Position numbers and translations under genes: made by a program
The notes under the pieces: generated by a model
The model's database searches: none
Seen by the model: the letters and a program-made list of their open reading frames with translations, nothing else
Told to the model about the DNA's origin: nothing
Part shown: in pieces, positions 52,701 through 62,307 of the stretch
Numbering within the stretch: the first letter of the stretch is position 1
Layout: every line of letters begins with the position of its first letter
Source: an uncultured delta proteobacterium
GTDB taxonomy: Bacteria > Desulfobacterota > Binatia > UBA9968
Assembly: GCA_963847445.1 (NCBI GenBank)
Contig: CAWJZV010000048.1
Span: forward strand, 162,295 to 226,294
Length of the DNA: 64,000 nucleotides
Direction of reading: 5' to 3'

Positions 52701-55569
52701 GAGCGAGCGCGGCAAATTCAATCGGGTCGCCCACCGGTGTGCCGGTTCCGTGCGCTTCGACGTAGCTGACATCCCACGGCCGCACCTCGGCGTGAGCTTG
52801 GGCGCGCGCGATAACCGCGGCCTGGCCGGTGACGCTGGGCGCGGCAAAGCTGGCTTTGTTCGAACCGTCGTTGTTGACCGCCCAGCCGCGAATCACCGCA
52901 TCGATGCGGTCGCCATCGCGCTCGGCATCGCCAAGCCTTTTCAACACGACGGCGCCGACACCATCGCTGAATACGGTTCCCGTCGCTCTGGCATCGAAGG
53001 CGCGGCAATGGCCGTCTTGGGAATGGATCCCGCCCGCTTGGCGCGCAGAGTTGCCCGTTTGCGGAAACCTCACGGCGACACCGCCGGCGATGGCGATGTC
53101 GCACTGCCTGCTGCTCAGTGCCTGGCAGGCCTGGGCGACTGCGACTAACGATGTCGAACAGGCAGTCTGAACGTTGATACTCGGCCCGGTGAAACCCATC
53201 ACGAAGGAGGTGCGCGTCGCCAGCGAATCGGTATCGTTGCTGATCGCCAACTGATGGGCTTCATCGCCGGTTCGCTGCAGCAGCGCATCGACGGCATCAC
53301 GGCTGCCGCCGAGCAGATGCCAGAGATAGGTGCTTGCATTGCCGCCGGCAAACACGCCGATGTTGGCGTTAGCGCCGGCATATCCGGCCTCGCTGACCGG
53401 CAGTCCGGCGTCTTCGAGCGCACGATGAACGCACTCCAGCCACAAACGTTGCTGCGGATCGAGCATCTGCGCTTGCCGCGGCGTCAGGCGAAAAAGCGCG
53501 GCATCGAACTGATCGACATTGGCCAGCAATCCCCGGGCGGCCACCGCGTCTGGAACCCCTGCGGGGCTTGGCTCAGAAGACTCGCAGGCAAACACGGTCA
53601 GGCTCTCGACTCCCGCGCGCAGATTCTGCCAAAACTGTTCGATTGAATCGGCGCCGGGAAATCGCCCGGCCATGCCAATAATTGCGATGCTATGTGCGGG
53701 AGGCGCATGATTCTCCTCGTTTGCGCCGGCAACGGTTTCTGGCGCAACCGGCCGATCGTCTTCTAACCAGTGCACCAGCGCGCGGATCGTCCTATGCTCG
53801 TAGACGCTGGTCACCGGCATCGCTAAGCCATGCCGCTCCTTGAACAGGGTCAAGAAGCGCGCGGCACGGATGGAATCGCCGCCTAAATCGAAGAACGAGT
53901 CGGTGACGCCCACCTCATCGAGCTCCAAGACCGCCGACCAGATGCGCGCCATCTGTTGCTCGGTCTCGTTGCCCGGCGCAACGTAGTCGTTGGCGAGCCG
54001 AGGACGGTTTCGTCCCGGCGGCGGTAAGCTCGAGTAATCGACCTTGAGATCCTTGGTGAGCGGCAGCTCATCGACAAAGACAAAGGCGCTGGGCAGATGT
54101 GGCGTTGCGATACGGTCTGACAACGCTGCGCGAACCGCCCCGGCGCTCACGGCCGGGTCGGCCACGAGGTAAGCGCACAGCCTGCGCTCGCCAAGCTGAT
54201 CCGAGAAATCACGGACAGCGGCCTGCTGAACTCCCGACACGCTGAGCAAGATTTTTTCAACATCTGCCGGAGCAACAAACTCGCCGCCGATGCGGAGGCG
54301 ATGATCCATGCGTCCCAAATGAAATAGACAATCCCCTTCGCTCATGCGGCCGAGATCGCCGGTGCGATAGCGGCGCAAGCCATTGTCCAATTCAACGAAG
54401 CGTTGCGCAGTCAATGCGCCGTTGCGCCAGTAACCATTCGCCAAATAGCGGCTCTCGACGACAATCTCACCGGCGGCACCGAGCGGCAGCTCATGTCCCC
54501 GATCATCGACCACCCGCACCGTCATATCCGTAACCGGGTAACCGACAGGCACCGATGCGCTTTCTTCGAGAGTCGTCTTTTTATCGACGAAGAACTGGCG
54601 CACCAGGCCACATTCGGTGGCGCCGAGACCGTTGACCAACGTGCAACTATCTTGGAAGTTCGCCTGAAAATGTTCGATGTCCAGCGGCGCCGCGCGATCA
54701 CCCTCGAGTCGAATCAGCCGCACGGCGGGAAACCGGTTTAGCGGATCCGACAGTTGGCGAAAGATCGATGGCACGGCGTGAAACACGGTGACCCGTGCTC
54801 GCTGCAGCCATTGCGAGATTGCCGGCAAACCCTCACCTTGCAGATCGAATGGCGCAACCGCGGCGCCATTGAGCAGCGCGCCAAACAGACTGGAAACCGT
54901 GCCGCTGAAGCTCGGGTTCTGCACCAGACTCAAGATGTCGCCAGGCGCGAACTTGAGGCTATTGGTGTAGCGCAAAACATTATGCAGGACGTTACGATGA
55001 CAATCCGCGACGCCCTTGGGCGCGCCGGTGGAGCCTGAGGTATAAAAAACATAGGCGAGCGTATCGGCAGAAACCAGTCGATCGACATTGTTGCCAGAGA
55101 AACCGTCGCGCGCCGCATGCGCTTGGATGACAGGGAAATCACTTCCAGCCAGGCCTCGAGCTAGGTCGAGATACTTACCATCGGCAACTAACATTCCTGG
55201 GGCCAAGTCTTTGATTATGCCGTTCAGCACCGCGTCGGGCAGACGCTGGTCCAACGGCGCGTAGCAAAGGCCCGCTTTGAGAATCGCCAGCGTCCAGACA
55301 ACGGCCTGGTAGCCCTGATCCATCATCAAGGCTACTGGGCCGGAAACATTTTCCGCGGTCGCGAGCAGCAGGCGTGCGGCGCGATTGGCGGCAGCGTTCA
55401 ATGCCGCATAGCTGACATCACCGGATGGCAGGCGCACCGCACAGCCATCGCCATATTGCTGAACTTGGCGCTCGAAGCGCTGGTGAATCGACTGGTCAAT
55501 ATCCGCCGCCGCAAACTCGACAAAGGTTTGGGGCGAGCGCAGTCCGCGTCGTGCTGTAAAATCGCTCAT
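49744..55569 (-). CDS. Hybrid NRPS-PKS megasynthase with domain order A - T(PCP) - KS - AT - DH - ACP; two frameshifts (near 52260 and near 52140) in the KS-AT linker
   Basis: A domain: YVFYTSGSTGAPKGV, YRTGDLGR, GRMDHRLRIGGEFV. PCP: FFDLGGDSI. KS: IAIIGMAGRFPGA, QTACSTSLVAV, EAHGTGTPVGDPIE, VKTNIGHLDAAAG. AT: FLFAGQGTQY, GHSLGEYVAA, SHGFHS. DH: HPLLGRRLRLPG. ACP: MGLDSLVAM. The linker DLAGIAAASQKSRSHYSHRAAIV sits in the third frame. Confidence 0.9.
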
Positions 55570-55574
55570 GTCTA

Positions 55575-56642
55575 TTAGAGATGATCCAATTGTCGCCGCA
55601 GCAATGGCATCGCTTCATTCCAGTCAGGGCCAAGTTTGGCAAACGCCACCTGGCCAAACTTCAATCGCTCTGCCTCAGCGAGCAACGGCGCCAATTGGTC
55701 GCGGCATTCTTCCGGACCGCCCGCCACATAGCAACGCTGCACCGCTTCATCGGGAATGAGCGCCGCGACCGCTTGAAGCGTCGCGCCGGCGGCGCGCGCT
55801 TGTTTCAACGAACTGACGAGCTTCGGCTCCACTCCCAAGACGCGCATCTCGTCATCCGAGTATCCCGCGCCTTCGAGCCCGAGCAGGATATTGGCAGCAA
55901 AAGGTTTGGCGAATTCTATCGCGCGGGCACGATCCCGAGCGATCGCGATATCGAGTTCGCATATCTCAAACAAATTCTTTCCAGGCTGATGCTCAGCCGC
56001 CGCACTACGCTGAAGCGCCAATAAGTGATCGAGCCGGCCGCTGCGAACCAAGGGAATGTAATGGTCGCCGATCAGCGCCCCGTCCATGATCTCACCGGCA
56101 ATTTTGAGTATCTTGGGAGCGTTGCCGCCGCAATAAAGTCGAATCGGCGCAGCCGGCGCAAACGCCAATCGAAACTCTTGTTCGGGATGAATATGGTGAT
56201 AGGCGGCGCATACCGGGAAGTCGCGAAAGTAGACTGTTTCGCCACCCAGCAAAGCCTTGAGCGCCAACGTCGTCTCGCGCACCATCGCCAGCGGCTTGAG
56301 CATCTCGATCTGTCGGCCGGCGATCGCCGCTTCGCCGCGGGCGATGCCGACACTCAGTTCGCGCCCGTCGGTCAACTCCGAGAGCGCCGCCAGGCTGTCG
56401 GCGACATCGACAGGATTGCGAAAATAAGGCACGAGAATCGACGTGCCTAATTTGATCGGCACCCGCGCCGCTATGGCTGTCAGCACAACCAAGACATTGC
56501 GTTGGCCTAGATTATCGTTAACCCAAACCTGCTTGAACCCTTCGCCATGCGCTCGCTGCGCCAGCCGAACCAGATCAGGCAACCTGTGCTGGCTGGCGCT
56601 TTGCAGGGCAAACTTTAAAGCAAATTCACCGCGAAATTTCAT
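55575..56642 (-). CDS. LLM-class (luciferase-like) flavin/F420-dependent oxidoreductase
   Basis: The start is taken at MKFRGEFALKF. GFKQVWVNDNLGQRNVLVVLTAIAARV..IKLGTSILVPYFRNP is typical of the LLM N-terminal barrel. Confidence 0.7.
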   Translation of the reverse strand: MKFRGEFALKFALQSASQHRLPDLVRLAQRAHGEGFKQVWVNDNLGQRNVLVVLTAIAARVPIKLGTSILVPYFRNPVDVADSLAALSELTDGRELSVGIARGEAAIAGRQIEMLKPLAMVRETTLALKALLGGETVYFRDFPVCAAYHHIHPEQEFRLAFAPAAPIRLYCGGNAPKILKIAGEIMDGALIGDHYIPLVRSGRLDHLLALQRSAAAEHQPGKNLFEICELDIAIARDRARAIEFAKPFAANILLGLEGAGYSDDEMRVLGVEPKLVSSLKQARAAGATLQAVAALIPDEAVQRCYVAGGPEECRDQLAPLLAEAERLKFGQVAFAKLGPDWNEAMPLLRRQLDHL

Positions 56643-56745
56643 GATCGACAATGTTGGCAAGAAGCCGTTTCCAGGCGCCGCTATCGACGCGCAAGTCCGG
56701 TTTCCGACGTTGGACGTTGAACGAACTTCGCCACAGCTCATGCCC

Positions 56746-57878
56746 CTAGACCGCGCCCCAAACGTCGGTTGCGACCTGAACGATGAGTCTCAACTTGGCG
56801 ATCTGATCGTCCACCGTCAGCTTATTGCCCAGCACCGTGCTGGAGAAGCCGCACTGCGGGCTGATGCCGAGCTGGTCGAGGGGAACGAGTTTAGCGGCCT
56901 CGTCGATGCGCCGTTTGAGATCGTCGGCGTTTTCCAACTGGCCGGTCTTGGTCGTGACCAAGCCGAGCATGAGACGCTTGCCCTTGGGCAGGTAGCGCAG
57001 CGGCGCGAAGTTGCCGGCCCGCGGCGAGTCGAATTCGAGGAAGTAACCGTCGACCTTCAATTCGTTGAATAACACTTCCGCCACCGGATCGTAGCCGCCT
57101 TCGGCCACCCACGCGCTGGCGAAGTTGCCGCGGCACAGATGGGTGCACACCACCATGTTGGCAGGCCGGTCTTTGATGCACTCGTTGATCAGGTTGGCGT
57201 AGAGCGAAGGCAAGCGGTCGGGGTCTTCGCCAATTTTCTTGGCGCCTTCGCGCATCTTGGGATCGCAGAGATAAGCCAGGTTGGTATCGTCGATCTGCAA
57301 GTAGGTGCAGCCGGCCGCCGCCAGCGCGTGAATCTCTTCGCGATAGACGCGCGCCAGGTCGGTGAAAAAATCTCGCCATCTCAGGATACGCCGCGTCGCT
57401 CACGCCGCCGCGCCCACCGCGGAAATGCAGCACCGACGGCGACGGAATCGACAGCTTTGCGGTGACCTTGGTCACCGACTGAGTAAATTTGAAGTTCTCG
57501 ACCTCATGCTCGCGCACGCGGCTCAGTTTGCCGGTGACTTCAAATCGCGTCGGCGAGCGCTGCAAGTTGGCATCGCCGCCTTGAAACGATTTGTCGGCCT
57601 CCTCGGCGAGCCCTTCCTTGACCAAGACACCGTCGAATTTTCTGACGAAGTCGACATTCCACAGCTTGCGCCGATACTCGCCATCGGTGACCGCCTGCAG
57701 GCCGAGATCTTCCTGCATCTTCACGACATCGCGAATGCAGCGGTCCTCGACCGCGCGCAGTTCGGCATCGGTGATCTCGCCGCGTTCGCGTTTCTCTCGG
57801 GCCTGCCAACAGCGCCGGCGGTCGTAGCAAACTGCCGACATGATCGGCGCGAAACGGCGGCTGTTTTTGCTCAGCCAT
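56746..57878 (-). CDS. Cobalamin-independent methionine synthase-like (MetE C-terminal domain family, about 375 aa); about 3 frameshifts
   Basis: PPFRADHVGSLLRP, ITDAELRAVED...VTDGEYRR, CTHLCRGN, GISPQCGFSS. Confidence 0.7.
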
Positions 57879-57970
57879 AGGACTCTCCTATTTCTGCTAT
57901 TCGCGCGAGGCTTTGAATTTGCAACACATTACGCTAATCTGGCAAACATCAGCACCCAGGAGCTCTCAAA

Positions 57971-58793
57971 ATGCGCACCGAACTTATCAGCATTGCCACC
58001 CCAACGCACCCGCTCGACGGCGCCTACTACACACCCGACGGGCCGAGCAAAGGCGCGGCGATGTATTGCCACGGCAATCAGATGAATTTCTACGTCTGCG
58101 CCGCGCGCTTTCTCGCGCCGCATATCACTGGACTAGGTTACGAGTATCTTGGCCTTCAACCGCCGCGGCCACGACTCGGTCAGCACCTTCGACAGCCGCG
58201 AATGCGTCGGCGGCGCCTATCAAACCGTCGCCGAAGGCGTCGAAGACAACGCGCTGGTAGCGAAATATTTGGCCGACAAAGGATTCGCCAATCCGATCGT
58301 CATCGGCCACAGCAACGGCGGCGTCCTCGCCGCCGAACATGTCGCGCATCATCCGGAGACCAAAGCGTTAATCTTGTTGTCCGCCCACACCGGCGGCAAC
58401 CGCATGGTCCACCAGCGCGCCGCGCGCAATTATTCCCTCGCCGGCGATGTCGAGAAGCAAAGAAAAGAAGCCGAGGCCTTGGTCGCCGCCGGCAAACCCA
58501 GACAGCTCATGCTCATCCCCGCCTGGTGGTGGGTGATCTCCGCGCGCACTTTCCTCGACCGCCTGACCAACGCCCCCGACCTGCTGGAGAACGCCAAGAA
58601 AATCACCTGCCCGGTGCTCTTCATCCGCGGCGACCAAGAGCCCAAAGAAAACTACCCCGCCGAAGAGTTCGCGAAAAATTGCCCCGGCCCCTGCGAAGTC
58701 GCGATCATCCCCAACTGCGACCACTTCTATGTCGGCGCGGAGGATAAGGTTTCGAAGATCGTGACGGAGTGGTTGAAGAAAACGGTTGGTTAG
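57971..58793 (+). CDS. Alpha/beta hydrolase; frameshift near 58150
   Basis: GHSNGG nucleophile elbow, CPVLFIRGDQE, CDHFY. The N-terminal 60 aa are in ORF 57971.. and the rest in ORF 58149..58793. Confidence 0.65.
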
Positions 58794-59023
58794 GCGCTCT
58801 GCCGTGAAGGCGTTCGCCGTGGCTGATGCTTCCTGATGAGTCCCCCCAATGCCCGCAGAGCTTCATTCGCCTGTCGAGCCCCGGGAAACATGGCGGCAAC
58901 GTCAGGGTCGAGGGTGATCACAATGGCACCCTTGGCGTAACGTGATGCGTACTTATTCGGTCGAGCTTGACTAAAGTCGTACTCTGGAAGAATTTCATCA
59001 ACTCCAACCCGGCGGCCTGACAC
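58790..59023 (-). CDS. BrnA-like (DUF4415) antitoxin
   Basis: GTG start 5 nt after the BrnT-fragment stop. EYDFSQARPNKYA...VITLDPDVAAMFPGARQANEALRAL. Confidence 0.55.
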   Translation of the reverse strand: MSGRRVGVDEILPEYDFSQARPNKYASRYAKGAIVITLDPDVAAMFPGARQANEALRALGGLIRKHQPRRTPSRQSA

Positions 59024-59028
59024 TCTTT

Positions 59029-59127
59029 TTAATTTCGTTTTTCCTCATATTCTCTCCGCTCACGGCGCGTGGCTTTTCGCGCGCTGATTAGTCGAATCGC
59101 CTGCCCACGCTCAGTGAACATCACAGC
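59029..59127 (-). pseudogene. BrnT (DUF497) toxin, C-terminal fragment only
   Basis: Minus-strand translation gives AVMFTERGQAIRLISARKATRRERREYEEKRN-stop. Confidence 0.6.
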
Positions 59128-59290
59128 GAGTAGCCACCGCTGACTGGCTTACCCCCAACGGCTTGAGAAACTCCTGCAACAACATTTCCCCTGGATGTGT
59201 CGGTGGCCTGTTAGTAGGCAATCGACGCGCCACCTTACGCTGTGATGGTTTATTACGGCGATAAATCTTTGTGGTAGTCAACGATTTCAA
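59128..59290 (-). pseudogene. HigA/VapI-type HTH antitoxin, N-terminal fragment, abutting the BrnT fragment; preceded by a possible HigB tail (EIVDYH)
   Basis: Minus-strand translation gives RRLPTNRPPTHPGEMLLQEFLKPLGVSQSAVA, then the homology stops. Confidence 0.5.
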
Positions 59291-59300
59291 GAGGGCAAAG

Positions 59301-59651
59301 CTAACCGGCGCGCGGCGCTTTCCCGCGCGTCCGTGTTGAGCGTGTTGTTGGCCGCGACGAACGCTTCGCGAGCCATTTGCTGAATGACGCTTGGCTTTCC
59401 CCTGACGCCTTTCCCGCTAACAGACCTTGGACACTGATATCCTCGTCGATATCCTCCCAATGAATACCGACGCCTCTGCCAATTAGGCGCCAATGCTTCC
59501 GCTCGGCCGATGACGCATGCGTCAAGCGCGGATACCATGCGAGAGGAACGGATATACTCCGACCATCGCTTAGGTCCACAGTTAGCGTGTCGTCCGATAC
59601 GGCAACGTTTTCAACAAAGGGAATTTCAATTTCGACCGCCGAAGTACTCAT
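59301..59651 (-). CDS. DUF2442 domain protein
   Basis: VENVAVSDDTLTVDLSDGRSISVPLAWYPRLTHASSAERKHWRLIGRGVGIHWEDIDEDISVQGLLAG. Confidence 0.7.
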   Translation of the reverse strand: MSTSAVEIEIPFVENVAVSDDTLTVDLSDGRSISVPLAWYPRLTHASSAERKHWRLIGRGVGIHWEDIDEDISVQGLLAGKASGESQASFSKWLAKRSSRPTTRSTRTRGKAPRAG

Positions 59652-59821
59652 CCCAAGCCTCCATTAGAACTTCTCGGTGATCGCTCACCAATCTTTCAAT
59701 TCGCGCAATTTCTACGCGTGACAAACCGCCGCTGCTTTGGAGCCGAATCGAATCGAGCCAATGTCTCCAGGGATTCGTACACCACGGACATCTCACCTGG
59801 CTTATGATGAGATCCCGCCAT
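59626..59821 (-). pseudogene. DUF4160-like partner of DUF2442, degraded
   Basis: The C-terminal LSRVEIARIERLVSDHREVLMEAWDEYF is recoverable after a frame change. The N-terminal HxPPHxH region is not intact. Confidence 0.4.
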
Positions 59822-60609
59822 CGCGCCTCATTGCTGTGCGTCGAAGTATCTCCGCCTCAACCTCACTCGCGATACGTCGCTCGATTGCGCCGGGATGCGG
59901 GCGCGGCCGGTCGATCGTTGCTTGATGCTTCGACCGCCGTCGCAACAACCAGGTAAGACATGCCGTTACGACGAGAACGACGCCTAGCAGAATTAGGATG
60001 CTAGGCGCGAAATCGAAAGCCCCCGGGGGCGGCGGCGGAGGGAGTGGTGTCGGCCCGGGTAGTTCTGGTTTTGGGGTTGATTGGGGCGCCTGCGGGGCGT
60101 TCAAGATGAACAGACTCAAGGCCACAGCGCTTGCGAAACCCGCCGTGAGTCCAGCAAGGGATAACCAACGAGCGGCCTTTGGAGGGGATGTTGACGCCTT
60201 CGATGGCGCGCTTGCCTTACCGTCGTTATCCGACGAACGATCGAGCTGTGGTTCGCGCCCACCGTTCCTCGAAAGTCGATCCACTGAAACTCACCCAACG
60301 CTGGGGGTAGAGGAGTGGCATCCAGCAGAAGCGGCAAGAGATCCTTTTCTTGCTCGATGGCCGCTTTCCACTCCTTCGACACTTCGTCTGATCGCTGCGC
60401 ATGATCGCACCAGAATACGACGACCAAATGGGATTCAGCTAGGGCCTCTGGCAATTTCGCTCCGCCATCTCTTACCCGGCTGAATGTCATCAATGTCCTG
60501 GAAGACGAGGAGATTTGTTAACGCGGAGGAGCTTAACTACCGGAGCAACCAGCGACGCGTCAGCATGGCTATAGGACACAAAGACGTTTGTGCTCTGGCT
60601 AGGCATCAT
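59802..60609 (-). CDS. TIR-domain protein with C-terminal proline-rich/transmembrane region; about 3 frameshifts
   Basis: Reconstructed N-terminus MMPSQSTNVFVSYSHADASLVAPVVKLLRVN / LVFQDIDDIQPGKRWRSEIA / ALAESHLVVVFWCDHAQRSDEVSKEWKAAIEQEKDLLPLLLDATPLPPALGEFQWIDFR (TIR_2 layout). Two hydrophobic helices (WLSLAGLTAGFASAVALSLFIL and ILILLGVVLVVTACLTWLL) flank PLPPPPPP. Confidence 0.65.
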
Positions 60610-60667
60610 CAAGTAGGACTGCCGATACACCCACTAACAACCCGAGACGGCTTGAACGTCTGGATGG

Positions 60668-61399
60668 CTAGTCGTTTATTCCTTCATCGCCGGCCACTCG
60701 CGCAGCAACCTGCCGTACCCGCTCATCGGATATTTGATAACCAAGCTTCGACAGCACATACCAAAACATCGCCGGGTTGCTGGCGATCACGGTGGCATTG
60801 AGCTCCGACTCGATCCGTTCGAGACATTTGACCGGATCGAGCACCGCGCCTTGGAAATAGATCGCGTCGACTTTGCCGACGGCGGCCAAGTTCTTCTTGG
60901 TGAGATCGAAGACTTCGTCCGGCGTCATCCGTTTGGGCACGGCGAGTTCATCGAAGGAATTGGGCGACATCGCGGTCACGCCGGCTTTGGCGAGATGGGC
61001 GACGATCAGGTCATTCAACTTTGCATCGAAGGGCGTGAGCAGAAGAACTTTGGGCGCCGAGTAAACTCGCAGCGCCGCGACACAAGCATTGAGCGCCGTG
61101 GTGAAAGGGATCGACACCGCCGCTTTCAAATCGTCGAACAGTCCCGGATTCAACACTTCGGTCGGCGCGGCGGTGAGAATCAGACCGTCCCATTTGCGCT
61201 CGGCGATGAACTCTTTCACTCGCCGCAGAATGACTTCCTTCTTGTCGGAGATCTCGTACAGCGATTTGCCGTAAAGCTGTAGCCCCTGGAAGTCGATCTC
61301 GATCTCCTTGGGCACGATGGGCAGGAAACTATTGTAATGCGGCATGGAACTCGACCCGCCGCTGACGAAACCGATACGCGCTTTGATACGCCTTCAGCC
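60668..61399 (-). CDS. Asp/Glu/hydantoin racemase superfamily protein (maleate isomerase / arylmalonate decarboxylase-like); possible N-terminal frameshift near 61350
   Basis: 225-aa ORF with two Rossmann-like halves. ARIGFVSGGSSS lies in frame upstream of MPHYN but after a TGA, so MAEGVSK at about 61399 is the likely start once a 1-nt indel is assumed. Confidence 0.5.
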
Positions 61400-61452
61400 A
61401 TCTTATCCTCCAAGCGATCCTCGATCCTTCCATCCTCAATCTCTCGACCTGC

Positions 61453-61920
61453 CTATTTCTTCTTCGCCTTATACGCGTCGATCGCCTTCTTCAGATCCTC
61501 GAACTCCTCGCACTTGCCGAAGAACGGACAGGCTTTCTTCAACGCCGCCAACTGTTTCTCGGCGTTGTCCGGCTGATTCATGTCGAGATAGAGTTCGCCC
61601 AAGTATTCATGCGCGTAGCGATGATTCGAGTCGAGCTTGAGCGCGCGTTGATAATGCTCCATGGATTTGTCGAAGACGTTGGTCTTGCGGTAGGCGTAGC
61701 CGAGCATGCTGTGGGCGTCGGCGTCGTTGGGCAGTTCCTGAACCGCTTTGGTCAAATGTCCCACTGCGCCTTTGTAATCCTTCGCATCGATCGCTTTGCG
61801 CGCCGCCACGACGTTGGGATTTTCCGTTTTCCCTTTCGGCTCGGGCAAATCGGCAAACGCAATCGTCTGCCATGCCAACAATCCGACCGCAACAACCATG
61901 CAGCGAAACCAATACTTCAT
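61453..61920 (-). CDS. Secreted TPR-repeat protein
   Basis: Signal peptide MKYWFRCMVVAVGLLAWQTIAFA. Three TPR-like units follow (YKGAVGHLTKAV, AHSMLGYAYRKT, AHEYLGELYLDM). Confidence 0.7.
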   Translation of the reverse strand: MKYWFRCMVVAVGLLAWQTIAFADLPEPKGKTENPNVVAARKAIDAKDYKGAVGHLTKAVQELPNDADAHSMLGYAYRKTNVFDKSMEHYQRALKLDSNHRYAHEYLGELYLDMNQPDNAEKQLAALKKACPFFGKCEEFEDLKKAIDAYKAKKK

Positions 61921-62050
61921 AGAACCTCCGTTAAGTGGTTATCGATATCTTCGGATGTTACCCGTGAGCAAGCTGTCCCGCAATACTCAATCATGCCGAT
62001 CTCTATCACTAGTCTCGTTCGTTAAGAAGAATGCGGCATTTAGTTCGGAC

Positions 62051-62199
62051 TATCCCCTCTTTGGAAAAGAGGGGCCAGGGGAGATTTTCTTGCTTCCGAA
62101 CGGCTCCATCGTCGCAGAACATAACCGATCTACTGCGAGAAAACGCCCCACACGAGAAACAAATCCCCCTTGATCCCCCTTTTCCAAACGGGGAATCGG
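62051..62199. repeat. MITE-like element: two inverted copies of a roughly 35-nt unit CCCC..TTTGGAAAAG.GGG..CA.GGGGA.ATTT about 75 bp apart
   Basis: Left copy: CCCCTCTTTGGAAAAGAGGGGCCAGGGGAGATTT. Reverse complement of the right copy: CCCCGTTTGGAAAAGGGGGATCAAGGGGGATTT. Confidence 0.75.
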
Positions 62200-62307
62200 T
62201 CATCGTTAGCGATTCGCTTCTTCAGCTCCGTGTCTAGCCAATAACCAATGGGTGATTTCACCTAGCGCAACTTGATCTAGCTTTGCCCGGATCTCGCAAG
62301 TCGGCGG

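Noticed and set aside
58790-60609. The TA/TIR island as a recognisable mobile element or prophage remnant.
   Set aside because: I could find no integrase, transposase, tRNA attachment site or flanking direct repeats. Only lower GC and gene fragments support a foreign origin.
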